From Caldisphaera sp. (GTDB lineage: Archaea; Thermoproteota; Thermoprotei_A; Sulfolobales; Acidilobaceae), in the NCBI GenBank assembly GCA_049971805.1, contig JBMFKU010000002.1:32001-96000 (forward strand): 64,000 bases of DNA, written 5' to 3'. The notes below the pieces were generated by a model. It had not been told where the DNA came from and searched no databases. It saw nothing but the letters and a program-made list of their open reading frames with translations. The stretch's first letter is position 1. Each line of letters begins with the position of its first letter. Positions 41,629 to 51,653 of this stretch are shown piece after piece. Both the position numbers and the translations under genes were made by a program.

Positions 41629-42812
41629 AATTTAACCTTGAGTTTAAAGGTTTTGAAAGATATAATGGAAGGCCTGGTGCTAGAAATTATGTATTAATAC
41701 TTCCAACAGTTTCATGCAGTCTAGGGCTTAGCGAAGTTGCTTTAAAGAAAATAGCAGAGGAAATAGGGGAGAAAAAAGTTAAGCTCCTTAAAAACTTACA
41801 TGGTTGCGGGCAAGTAGGAGAAGACCTTGAACAAACAACTAGAACTTTAACTAATACTGCTTTAAATCCTAACGTCTACTCAACTATAGTTGTAAGCCTT
41901 GGATGTGAAAGTGTTGATGCTGAAAAAGTTGCTGATAGTATATCAGCAACAAAACCGACAGAATTGATAAGAATTCAAGATCTTGGTTACTCTAAGGCTT
42001 TAGATAAAATAAAAGAATTAGCCAAAAAATTTTCTTCGGAAGCATCATTGGTTAAAAAATCCAGCTTTGATGCTAGCCAATTGGTTGTTGGCCTCGAATG
42101 TGGTGGATCAGACTTTACTAGCGGAATTGTTTCGAATCCTCTTGTTGGAAGGATTTCAGATATGATAGTTTCATTAGGAGGATCGACAATCATAAGCGAA
42201 GTTCCTGAATTCATTGGGGCTGAGCACATTTATGCAAAAAGGGCCATTAATGATAATATAAGAAAACAGGCAATTGATACTGTTAGATCTTTTGAGGAAT
42301 GGCTTAAAAGGGAAGCTAATGTAGACTTTAGAGGAGCTCAACCATCACCAGGAAATATTGCTGGAGGGTTAACAACTATAGAAGAAAAATCATTAGGCGC
42401 AATAAAGAAGTCCGGTTCTTCTCCTGTTTCAGGTGTGCTTAAATATGCAGAGAGACTTGGAGAAAGAAATGGTCATTATCTTATGATAACTCCTGGATAT
42501 GATATTGTATCAGTATCAGGCATGGTTGCGGGAGGAGCGCAAATTGTTTTATTCACAACCGGAAGAGGTACTCCGACGGGTCATGCGATTGCTCCAGTTA
42601 TAAAGATTACAGCCAATGCCGATACATATAAAATCATGCAAGAATTTATAGATTACGATGTAAGTCCAATACTTAATGGAAATAAAACATTTGAAAATGC
42701 CACTCAAGAACTTTTAAAGATTATAAGTAAAACAGCAAGTGGAGAGCTAACTAAAGCTGAAATCTTAAATCAAGATGACTTTGGTATTTTTAGAATTGGG
42801 CCTACTTTTTAA
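41625..42812 (+). CDS. UxaA-family (altronate/galactarate) dehydratase large subunit
   Basis: HGCGQ, LGCE, ECGGSD, PSPGNIAGGLTTIEEKSLG, FTTGRG. Confidence 0.9.
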   Translation: MKFNLEFKGFERYNGRPGARNYVLILPTVSCSLGLSEVALKKIAEEIGEKKVKLLKNLHGCGQVGEDLEQTTRTLTNTALNPNVYSTIVVSLGCESVDAEKVADSISATKPTELIRIQDLGYSKALDKIKELAKKFSSEASLVKKSSFDASQLVVGLECGGSDFTSGIVSNPLVGRISDMIVSLGGSTIISEVPEFIGAEHIYAKRAINDNIRKQAIDTVRSFEEWLKREANVDFRGAQPSPGNIAGGLTTIEEKSLGAIKKSGSSPVSGVLKYAERLGERNGHYLMITPGYDIVSVSGMVAGGAQIVLFTTGRGTPTGHAIAPVIKITANADTYKIMQEFIDYDVSPILNGNKTFENATQELLKIISKTASGELTKAEILNQDDFGIFRIGPTF

Positions 42813-42951
42813 ATAATAAAACTATTTATAAACCAAGAAATAAAAATAATAAGTTAAATAGCTTGTTACTTAATGGATTTAATATTTAATATACTTTTAA
42901 ATAACCCATAATGATAAACTTGTAAATCTACATCGCATATAGTATATTCGA

Positions 42952-43158
42952 GTGGACATATTGGGTAATTATATAAGGTCTCCACAAAAGTAAGAAAAGA
43001 ATAGGTAGAAAAAGTGAAAAACTTGGTATTAATATCTATGAATTCTTGAGAGAAAAAATTAAAGAAGAAGTAGAAAGAAGAGAGCTTGAACTCTTATCTA
43101 AAAGACTTAACGACCTTGAAGATGTTCTAAATAAAATAGATATTGAAGATATAGTTAA
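42952..43158 (+). pseudogene. VapB/CcdA-like antitoxin pseudogene cut by IS end
   Basis: VSTKVRKE*VEKVK.LGINIYEFLREKIKEEVERRE..IDIEDIV, with stop and frameshift; ends at IS terminus. Confidence 0.55.
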
Positions 43159-43510
43159 CTGACATTCTCTCCAACCTAAAGGGTGAGGGTTCCTTAGGGC
43201 GATTCATTGGTTTGTGATTTACTGCCTTCATTTTTATCATTTCATAGCTAGTAGTTGTATGAAACACATACCCCGCTTTGTTTATCCAGCGATAGACTAC
43301 TAGCTGTGCCTTCAGCTCGTTAATCCTATCTCTTATGAGCTATCGAGAGGCCTCGTTACCTTCTTATTCTCTTCGTCTCCTGCTACTCGTACTTCCTTCA
43401 GTCCCTTTCTTTTTTAGGCCTGCTTTCGATTTACTCCCTCTGTATATGCTTATCTATCTTTTTCAGTGTGTTGCCTATGTCTAGTCCTCTCATCACTAGA
43501 TACTCCATTA
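43159..43510 (-). mobile_element. IS200/IS605 tnpB 3' remnant with right end
   Basis: Minus strand ends ..GAACCCTCACCCTTTAGGTTGGAGAGAATGTCAG; preceded by KAQLVVYRW..TSYEMIKMKAVNHKPMNRPK, a TnpB-tail-like peptide. Confidence 0.7.
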
Positions 43511-43713
43511 CTAATAAAGAATATTTAGCAATGCATGGAAAAATTTTAATAATTTGATAAATAATATGTGGCATTAAGCATTATATAGAGAATTTTTCTG
43601 GGAGAATATAATATAGCGCAAAGGCTATTAAAACTCGTCCAACAGCCAGAAAGGACTACATGCATCAGTACTTATATAATAGTAATGTTATCTATTTAAC
43701 TTGGTGAAGAAAT

Positions 43714-44427
43714 TTGCCAGGAGAAATTCCACTCATAGGTGAAAAGCTCCCTACGCTTAAGGTAAACACCACACATGGTCCAAAAACTCTACCAGATGAC
43801 TACGCTGGAAAGTGGCTCGTACTCTTTAGCCATCCAGGAGACTTCACGCCAGTCTGCACAACAGAGTTCTATGCATTTGCTTGGAGATTCAATGACTTTA
43901 AAGCACTTAATGCAGAACTACTCGGCCTTAGCGTCGACACAGTGCCATCGCACATACAGTGGATCAGATGGATAAAGGAGAATTTGAAAATCGAAATTCC
44001 TTTCCCCATAATTGCCGATCCCATGGGAACTGTGTCTAAGCAGCTAGGTATGATACAAGCCCAATCTGCAGCAAATACCGTCAGGGCAGTCTTCATAATA
44101 GATCCTCAAGGTATCATAAGAACCATTATTTATTACCCACTTGAACTCGGGAGGAACATAGACGAGATATTGAGAGCAATCAAGGGACTCCAAGTAATAG
44201 ACAGAGAGAAAGTAGCATTACCCGCCAACTGGCCAAACAGTGAGGTAGTTGGGGAGAATGCAATTGTCCCTACTGCGAAGACCCTTCAGGAGGCAGATGA
44301 GAGGCTGAAGCATTACAAAGGATTTGATTGGTGGTTAGCATACAGACCTGTCCCACCAGAAGATGTCGAGGTTGCTAGAAAGTACTTAGAGAGGGCCTCT
44401 AAAAAGCCTACTCCGCTCTCCAAGTAA
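43714..44427 (+). CDS. Peroxiredoxin (archaeal Prx6 type)
   Basis: [29 protein letters not shown]. Confidence 0.94.
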   Translation: MPGEIPLIGEKLPTLKVNTTHGPKTLPDDYAGKWLVLFSHPGDFTPVCTTEFYAFAWRFNDFKALNAELLGLSVDTVPSHIQWIRWIKENLKIEIPFPIIADPMGTVSKQLGMIQAQSAANTVRAVFIIDPQGIIRTIIYYPLELGRNIDEILRAIKGLQVIDREKVALPANWPNSEVVGENAIVPTAKTLQEADERLKHYKGFDWWLAYRPVPPEDVEVARKYLERASKKPTPLSK

Positions 44428-44844
44428 GCGTTAAGCATCCATATCATATTTTTTTAAATCATATTAGTTCCAATAAGCTAGAGCTAATGATCGCATGTTG
44501 CATAGTTCTTGGGGGGTAAACTAAAAATTGTTGTATAATCAGCATAATCCTTCCCTTTTATACATATTTCTATTGAGAATTCATCTATTCTTTTTGGATT
44601 TAAAAGAAACACTCTAATTTCATTTATTACTTTCCTCAGCCGCTTATCACGGATCTTTAAGTTATCTTCAAAATACTCACTAATATCTTCGCCATTCTTT
44701 TCTTCTTTTTTATTAACATTAATTATTTCCTTTTCTATTTCTTCTATGAGTTCTCTCTCCTCTCATAAATTGGGAACCATCACCAGTTTATATGAGTCTA
44801 AAAATTAGTGTTCAAAAGTTTATATGAAATTTATGATATTATGA

Positions 44845-44939
44845 AGCCGCCGGCGGGACTTGAACCCGCGACCACTGGCTTACAAGGCCAGCGCTATCGG
44901 CTCCCACGCAGGGAATCTACCGGTCTGAGCTACGGCGGC
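44845..44939 (-). tRNA. tRNA-Thr(TGT) with 21-nt non-canonical D-arm intron (44896-44916)
   Basis: GCCGCCG/CGGCGGC, CTGGC-CT TGT AA-GCCAG; D-stem GCTC/GAGC restored only after removing ATTCCCTGCGTGGGAGCCGAT. Confidence 0.93.
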
Positions 44940-45016
44940 TCCCACATATTTCGATAAAATTGGGGTTTTTAGTATTTTTCTCTGGATAACATTAAAAAGT
45001 AAGCTGGTGGAAAAAT

Positions 45017-46039
45017 TTGCCAAAAAAATACTATGCAATGCTATCTGGGCTTCACCCAACACTTCCATTAGAAGAGTTAACAGCATTGCTTGAATCGACT
45101 AATTCCCAAGGAATCATCAAATATAATTATGATGGAGTTTCTATAATAGAAGGAAAAATAGATGCAAATTCTATTATTGCTAGGTCAGGATATATAAAGG
45201 AAATTGGAGAATTATTAGATATCTATGAAATAAATCAAATAGACTATGAAAGCATTAGAGAAAAAATCAAACAGATGGGGATTAAAGATGCAAGAATAAA
45301 GGCAGCTAGATATAAAGGATACTCTAATTTTATAAAAAGTCAAGAAATTGAAATAAAATTAGCTAGAGAAATTGAAAAAATTGGTATAAATGCGTCAACG
45401 AAATCGAACAATTTAATAAAAGTTATAATAACAGAGGGCGTCGCTATTGTTGGTTTGACTTTGAGCAAACAGATAAACAATTTTAAAATAAATGCAGAAA
45501 AAAGACCGTTTAAAAGAGCAGGCCAAATTGATCAACAGCTAGCAAGGGTAATGGTTAACTTATCCAGATTAAAAGAAAATAATATTTTTTTGGATCCATT
45601 TTGTGGAACAGGCAGTTTATCACTAGAAGCATGCTTATTAAACTCGATAAAAATATTTTGCTTTGACTTAGATCCGGAAATGATATATGGTTCTAAATTA
45701 AATTTAACAAATATAAATTGCTGTAAATTTTCTCTAGTAGCTAGACATGATATAAGAAGTATCCCATTAAAAGATGAATCAATAGATTCTATAGCAACAG
45801 ATCCTCCGTATGGAAGAGCAACGTCAACAAAGAAAAGGGGATATGAAAACATTGTAATATCTTTTCTAGAGGAAAGCATGAGAATTTTGAAAAAAGGTTC
45901 CTATCTAGTTTATGCAGGACCATCTAGCGAGGAACCATATAAATATGTAATTGATTTAGGTTTTAAGTTAATTGGATTTCATGATATGTTTGTGCATTCA
46001 GGCTTAAACAGAGAAATAGTTATAGCTAGAAAGATTTAA
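45017..46039 (+). CDS. tRNA m2G10 methyltransferase (Trm11/TrmG10; THUMP plus MTase)
   Basis: ARVMVNLS, LDPFCGTGS, ATDPPYGR. Confidence 0.85.
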   Translation: MPKKYYAMLSGLHPTLPLEELTALLESTNSQGIIKYNYDGVSIIEGKIDANSIIARSGYIKEIGELLDIYEINQIDYESIREKIKQMGIKDARIKAARYKGYSNFIKSQEIEIKLAREIEKIGINASTKSNNLIKVIITEGVAIVGLTLSKQINNFKINAEKRPFKRAGQIDQQLARVMVNLSRLKENNIFLDPFCGTGSLSLEACLLNSIKIFCFDLDPEMIYGSKLNLTNINCCKFSLVARHDIRSIPLKDESIDSIATDPPYGRATSTKKRGYENIVISFLEESMRILKKGSYLVYAGPSSEEPYKYVIDLGFKLIGFHDMFVHSGLNREIVIARKI

Positions 46040-46088
46040 TAACGTTATTTCTAAAAAAGTAATTGATTTAATAATAGAGGGATATGAG

Positions 46089-46475
46089 ATGTTAAAGACA
46101 TATAAATCAAAATATAATTTTAATGAATTAAAAATAAAGTTGGAAAGCCAAATAATAAAGAGGGATATGAACATTTTTTCTCGTATAAACCATTCTGAAA
46201 ATGCTGAAAGTGTGGGCATGAAATTAAATAGGTCTATATTATTTATATTTGGTAATCCAAGAAACGGCACACTATTAATTAGAAACGATATGAGAATAGG
46301 ACTATATTTACCATTAAAAATTTTGATATGGGAGGATGATAATAAAAACCCATTTATTACCTATGAGCCCATAGGTGATGTAATCTCAAAATTTAATTTG
46401 AAGGAAAACAAAGATTTATTAATTAAAATGGACAATTTATTGGAAACTATAGTTAATGAATTAGCAGAAAAATAA
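46089..46475 (+). CDS. DUF302 family protein
   Basis: IFSRINH, FGNP..GT, LPLKILIWE. Confidence 0.85.
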   Translation: MLKTYKSKYNFNELKIKLESQIIKRDMNIFSRINHSENAESVGMKLNRSILFIFGNPRNGTLLIRNDMRIGLYLPLKILIWEDDNKNPFITYEPIGDVISKFNLKENKDLLIKMDNLLETIVNELAEK

Positions 46476-46476
46476 T

Positions 46477-47097
46477 TTATGATAATACTTTTTTAGATTT
46501 TATTATGAGCTTGTCTTCTTTATGGTCCCAATCAGTCTCATAAATTATTGGTTGTCCTGTTGGTATTTCAACTGTTGGTATTATATCTTCTGGTATATTC
46601 TCCAAAAACATTACAATAGATCTCAAACTGTTACCGTGAGCAACTACTAAGACATTTTTACCCTTTTTAAGATCAAGCATTATAGTATTTTTAAAAAATG
46701 GAACAGTTCTTTTTTGAGTTACCTCTAAACTTTCTCCATTTGGCGGGGATACTTTATAGCTTCTTCTCCATAATTTTACTTGCTCTTCTCCATAAATCTT
46801 AGCTGTTTCCTCTTTATTTAAACCCTGCAAATCGCCGTAGTGCCTTTCGTTTAGATGCCAATCTTTTATTATTGGTATTCTAGCACCCATTGCAGTTAAA
46901 GTTAGCTCTAATGTCTCTATAGCTCTTTGCAAAACACTTGTATATGCTACATCAAATTTATAATCTTTTAGCAATAAACCTGCTTTTAAAGCTTCTTGCC
47001 TACCCTTATCTGTTAAAGGTACATCAACCCACCCAGTAAATCTATTTTCCTCGTTCCATAAAGATTCTCCATGTCTTAATAAACATAATATTGCCAT
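46477..47097 (-). CDS. gpmA: 2,3-bisphosphoglycerate-dependent phosphoglycerate mutase
   Basis: LRHGESLWN..FTGWVDV, LNERHYGDLQG, WRRSY, AHGNSLR, IPTG. Confidence 0.93.
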   Translation of the reverse strand: MAILCLLRHGESLWNEENRFTGWVDVPLTDKGRQEALKAGLLLKDYKFDVAYTSVLQRAIETLELTLTAMGARIPIIKDWHLNERHYGDLQGLNKEETAKIYGEEQVKLWRRSYKVSPPNGESLEVTQKRTVPFFKNTIMLDLKKGKNVLVVAHGNSLRSIVMFLENIPEDIIPTVEIPTGQPIIYETDWDHKEDKLIIKSKKVLS

Positions 47098-47724
47098 TCT
47101 AGCTCGCCCACAAATTTTTAATTAAAACCCAAAAATATAAACTGTTGTTTGCTGTTAGTACTGGGCACTCTGAGCATTCCGCTGATCTTAAGAGATAATA
47201 TAGGTTACTCAAGCAGCTTATGAAATCTCTAATTTCACATAATATTTATAGAAGTTAAATGCATCATGCAGAGCTTACCTAGTTTTGACTAATAAAGTAA
47301 AGACAAACTTCGCCTTTCTGAGCAAAGCTCTTAATATTACTAAATAAAATAAACGAAAACCATTAAATGATATGTATACCAATAACTAACTTCCTTATAT
47401 TGGAGTAAAGCCGGCTCCCGCTACTCATCAATAATAAGTTGACCTGAGAGACATTTTAATCCTCCTTCTCCTTTCTTTTTCCATATCTTATTTGTCAACA
47501 AGATATTGCTTATTTCATATCGAGAAGCATATTACATTTAATGGCTTTTTTTATTTTATCTTAAAAGACATTAAAAGCTTTACTCGCCATTAATAGCTAA
47601 TATTGTTTATAATCTATCATATATATTATAAATATTTGCATGTATACACATATACTATAAATACAAATATTATGAATAATCCGCTTAAATTAGCTTACTA
47701 ATTAAAAAATTGAAGGTGTAGGTA

Positions 47725-48927
47725 TTGAAAGAAGAAAGTCAATATAGCATAGATAATGTTATATTATATTCTATCACATTTAGAGATTCATGCTTTGATG
47801 ATATAGGAAAGGTAGGAGAATTAAAAGAAAAGCTATATAACTATTTATACTCATTAGTTAATGGTATTGTTGTTTTATCAACATGCAACAGGTTTGAAGT
47901 TTATCTAGATTTATATAATGAAAAAATAGCAAGCGATGAATTATACGATATTGTTGGTCCATACTCTAAGCTTTTTCATAAATTACAGGGGAAAGTAGCC
48001 ATTAAGCATTTATTTAGAGTTTCATCAGGCTTAGAATCAGCAATAATAGGGGAAACAGAAATATTGTCTCAGATAAAAGAAGCATGGGATGAAGCTAAAG
48101 ACAGAGGACTAACAAGCAAACTGCTTGATGCAGTTTTTCATCAAAGTATAGTTGTTGGAAAAAGAGTTAGAAGTGAAACGGAAATTTCAAAAGGGGTTTT
48201 AGGATATCCTCAAGCTTCTGTTGAGATAATTGCAAATAAATTATTAACGTTAAATGGTAAGAGGATAGCAATAATAGGGGCTGGAAAAGCTGCAAAAGCT
48301 ATGGTTGATCTAATATGCAATAAATGGAATCCAGAAGAGATAACTATAGCAAATAGAAGTTTAGAAAATGCTAACAAATTAAAGAATGATAGGTGTAAAT
48401 TTAATGTTATTGGGTTGAATGAAATTATAAATAAAGAGTTTGATGTAGTTCTAATCGCAATAAAAGGCGGGCCCTTGATTTTTTTAGATAAGATAGCAAC
48501 AAAAAATTCCTTTATAGTTGATATCTCTACTCCTCAGGCTTTGTATTATAAAAAACCCACCTTCACAATTGATGATATACAAAATTATGTTAGTGAAAAT
48601 TATTATAATAGAGTAAAGCAAATTCCTTTTGTTGAAAAAATTATCGAAGAAGAAATGCTTAAATTTGATGAATATTTATTAAAAAGGAGAATAGATGAAG
48701 ATATTTCATGCATAATGAAAAATCTAGATGAATTAATTAAAAAAGAAATAGAGCAAACAAAGAAAAATATAGAGAAAGGCATTCCGGTGGAAGAAGCTTT
48801 AAAAATAGCATTTCAAAGCTACACTAAAAAATCGTTAAAACCTATGTTTGATTTATTGCATGAAAATTATAATAATGAAACATCAAAGCTTATTTTAGAT
48901 TATTACAAAAAAAGAGCTTGGAGGTAA
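47725..48927 (+). CDS. hemA: Glutamyl-tRNA reductase
   Basis: LSTCNRFE, SGLES..GETEIL.QIK, GAGKA, ANRS. Confidence 0.93.
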   Translation: MKEESQYSIDNVILYSITFRDSCFDDIGKVGELKEKLYNYLYSLVNGIVVLSTCNRFEVYLDLYNEKIASDELYDIVGPYSKLFHKLQGKVAIKHLFRVSSGLESAIIGETEILSQIKEAWDEAKDRGLTSKLLDAVFHQSIVVGKRVRSETEISKGVLGYPQASVEIIANKLLTLNGKRIAIIGAGKAAKAMVDLICNKWNPEEITIANRSLENANKLKNDRCKFNVIGLNEIINKEFDVVLIAIKGGPLIFLDKIATKNSFIVDISTPQALYYKKPTFTIDDIQNYVSENYYNRVKQIPFVEKIIEEEMLKFDEYLLKRRIDEDISCIMKNLDELIKKEIEQTKKNIEKGIPVEEALKIAFQSYTKKSLKPMFDLLHENYNNETSKLILDYYKKRAWR

Positions 48928-49949
48928 AAAAGATGGACTCTTTTCCAAGAATTAGGCCTAGACGTTTGAGATCTATCAGATACTTGAGGGATTTAATATC
49001 TGAAACTACGCTTGATCTATCAAAATTAATATTACCTATTTTTGTTAGCGAGACTATAAATAAGCCAATAGGGACTGAGGGATTGGAAGGGCATTTAACT
49101 TATCCTCCAGACTCGAAAGAACTAATAGAATATCTAACAAGTTCCATGGAATTAGGGGTACATTCATTTCTTTTATTTGGTGTTCCTAAAATAAAAGATG
49201 AGGATGGCTCTAGGGCCTATGCACAAGATGGGCCTGTTCAAGTCGCTATTAGAAATATTAGAAAGGAAATAGGTTGGGATCCGATAATATTTACTGACCT
49301 ATGTATATGTGAATATACAAGTCATGGGCATTGCGGGTTGCCTTTAAACACAAGAAAAGGTACTGTGATAGATAACGATTCCACATTAAAGGTTTATCAA
49401 AAGATAGCTATTTCTCAGGCACAATCTGGAGCAGATTTTATTTCTCCATCAGGAATGATGGATGGTCAAGTAAAGGCTATTAGAGAGGCATTAGATGATT
49501 CAGGATTTAACGATGTAGGAATAATGGCGTACTCAGCAAAATATGCAAGCTCTTTATATGGTCCTTTTAGATTAGCTGTTGATTCAACACCAAGGTTTGG
49601 AAATAGGAAAAGCTATCAGATGGATCCAAGAAATGCAAAAGAAGCTATAAAAGAAGTTAAATTAGATATAGAAGAAGGTGCAGATATTGTTATGGTAAAA
49701 CCAGCTTTATTTTATCTTGATGTAATTCGTTTAATTAAAGATTATTTTCCAGAGATACCATTAGCAGCCTATAATGTGAGCGGTGAATATGAAATGATAA
49801 GGACTGCTATAGCTAATAAATTGTTGGATGAAACACAATCTATAATTGAAGCATTAATATCAATAAAAAGAGCTGGAGCTGATATGATAATAACTTATTT
49901 TGCATTAGATGCAGCAAAGATATTAAATTCCAAAAAAGGCATATTTTAA
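48918..49949 (+). CDS. hemB: Porphobilinogen synthase
   Basis: RPRRLR, DLCICEYTSHGHCG, YGPFR, MVKP, YNVSGEY. Confidence 0.96.
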   Translation: MEVKKMDSFPRIRPRRLRSIRYLRDLISETTLDLSKLILPIFVSETINKPIGTEGLEGHLTYPPDSKELIEYLTSSMELGVHSFLLFGVPKIKDEDGSRAYAQDGPVQVAIRNIRKEIGWDPIIFTDLCICEYTSHGHCGLPLNTRKGTVIDNDSTLKVYQKIAISQAQSGADFISPSGMMDGQVKAIREALDDSGFNDVGIMAYSAKYASSLYGPFRLAVDSTPRFGNRKSYQMDPRNAKEAIKEVKLDIEEGADIVMVKPALFYLDVIRLIKDYFPEIPLAAYNVSGEYEMIRTAIANKLLDETQSIIEALISIKRAGADMIITYFALDAAKILNSKKGIF

Positions 49950-50038
49950 TTGAGCTTATTCTTAATTTATATTTATTGCTTTATTTTATAATTCAGGGGA
50001 GTAATATTTTGAAAAGGGCGTATATAGAGTAAAGAATA

Positions 50039-50114
50039 GGGCCCGTAGCCCAGCCAGGAATAAGGCGCCGGCCTGCGGAGCCGGAGATCCCGGGTTCAAA
50101 TCCCGGCGGGCCCT
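50039..50114 (+). tRNA. tRNA-Arg(GCG)
   Basis: GGGCCCG/CGGGCCC, CCGGC-CT GCG GA-GCCGG, GTTCAAATC. Confidence 0.95.
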
Positions 50115-50237
50115 TGCTAAGTTAGTATAGGATTATGACATTTTTTTAATGTCTATCTCACCTTTGCAATAGAGGCTTAGAATTTAAATTATTTTACAAT
50201 AAAATTTAGAATTTAAAACAAATTTTAAAAACAATAA

Positions 50238-50879
50238 TTATAATTGCTTTCCTATCAATTTAGCTATGTAATTAGGAATATTTTCATTATCAATTGGTTT
50301 CTCATATCTGCATTTGATCGTTATTTCTCCAGACCATATATTGTTTTTATTTGTGCTTGATTTATGATTTAATTTAGGTCCTCCTTCTCTCTTTTTTATG
50401 GAAAATTTATCTATGCTTATCTTTATTATAGAAACATTGTTTAAATCATTATCTGAAGGCAAAATACTATTTTCCCATCTTTCTGGAACCATTCTATCCA
50501 TTAAATTTTTAAAGGCTTTTAATTTATCACTATTGTTTTTAACTTCCTCGCTTTTTCCAAAAATAACTACAGAAACATAGTTAACTGAATTATCTTTAAC
50601 CATTTCAGCTAATACTATCCCATTTACCTTGGTCACAGATATAGATACTATCCCATTTACCTTTAAAACATTTACAATTCTGCTTTCAGGAGAGCCATGC
50701 AGATAAATGTAATTATCATCATTAGAATATAACATTGGAATAACATATGGTACCCCATCATATATGAATCCTACATGACATAAAAAGTTTTTGTTTAGAA
50801 AATCAATAAGTTCATTTTTATTGTATGATGCTCTCTCTGGATATCTTGTTACTCTAAACTTTATGTTGTTCTCATTAAT
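50238..50879 (-). CDS. Pyridoxamine 5'-phosphate oxidase-like flavin-binding protein; probable ATT start
   Basis: In frame upstream of 50735: RVTRYPERASY..FLCHVGF..GVPYVIPM; GGGGA SD precedes ATT at 50879. Confidence 0.82.
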   Translation of the reverse strand: MNENNIKFRVTRYPERASYNKNELIDFLNKNFLCHVGFIYDGVPYVIPMLYSNDDNYIYLHGSPESRIVNVLKVNGIVSISVTKVNGIVLAEMVKDNSVNYVSVVIFGKSEEVKNNSDKLKAFKNLMDRMVPERWENSILPSDNDLNNVSIIKISIDKFSIKKREGGPKLNHKSSTNKNNIWSGEITIKCRYEKPIDNENIPNYIAKLIGKQL

Positions 50880-51148
50880 CTTTTATCCCCTTTTAATTTT
50901 AGATTCTAAGTTACTTTAAATAGTTATTTACAATTTTAAGGCCATAGCGATAGTTAAATGTCTAATCATTACTTTAATAAATTGCTGTTTTACAGAGTTA
51001 AAGTTTACTATTTTTATTAGGAAGTATTTAACTTAAAATTAAAATATACAACTAATCATTAATTAATAAAACCTTATGTTTTATATTGTTTAAAACATAA
51101 GTGAAATAAAATATAAGCAAGCTTTGTTATTAATTAGCGGGGGATAAA

Positions 51149-51616
51149 ATGCAACAAATGTATAAGTCTATACCGGGAAGAGGTCTAGTGATATCTTCTA
51201 TTGCAATTGCAATGTTTTTCGCTATTATTATGATTATCGCAGGTTATTCTGTTAGTACAATACCTAATAAAGATATATATAACATAACAATCTCTTATTA
51301 TAAATTACCCAGCAATATAACTATATCTAATATAAAAAGCATGTTAGTTAATGTGCTCTATGGTTATGGTTTAGTTTTTTTAATATTGGGATTAATTAGT
51401 TTTCCGTTTGTTTATTTACCATTATCTCATGATTTACCAGAAAAGGCAGAAAATCCAGCGTTACTTTTAGGTATAGTAGAAATTGTAGCAGGTATAGTAA
51501 CAATCATATATATCATACCAGGTATTTTGATGTTGTTGGCATGGAACCAAATTAAAAAATACAACAGAAATAAAGCCATATCATTATCCCTACAGCCTCA
51601 AAACAAAACTCTTTAA
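51149..51616 (+). CDS. Hypothetical membrane protein
   Basis: 3-4 TM segments; GGGGG SD. Confidence 0.65.
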   Translation: MQQMYKSIPGRGLVISSIAIAMFFAIIMIIAGYSVSTIPNKDIYNITISYYKLPSNITISNIKSMLVNVLYGYGLVFLILGLISFPFVYLPLSHDLPEKAENPALLLGIVEIVAGIVTIIYIIPGILMLLAWNQIKKYNRNKAISLSLQPQNKTL

Positions 51617-51653
51617 ATTAAAGGATTTAAGTAAATATTTTACTTTATAATAT

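Noticed and set aside
50039-50114. tRNA-Arg(GCG) C13-A22 mismatch and U at position 73
   Set aside because: Non-canonical 13-22 pairs are common and the rest of the cloverleaf is normal.
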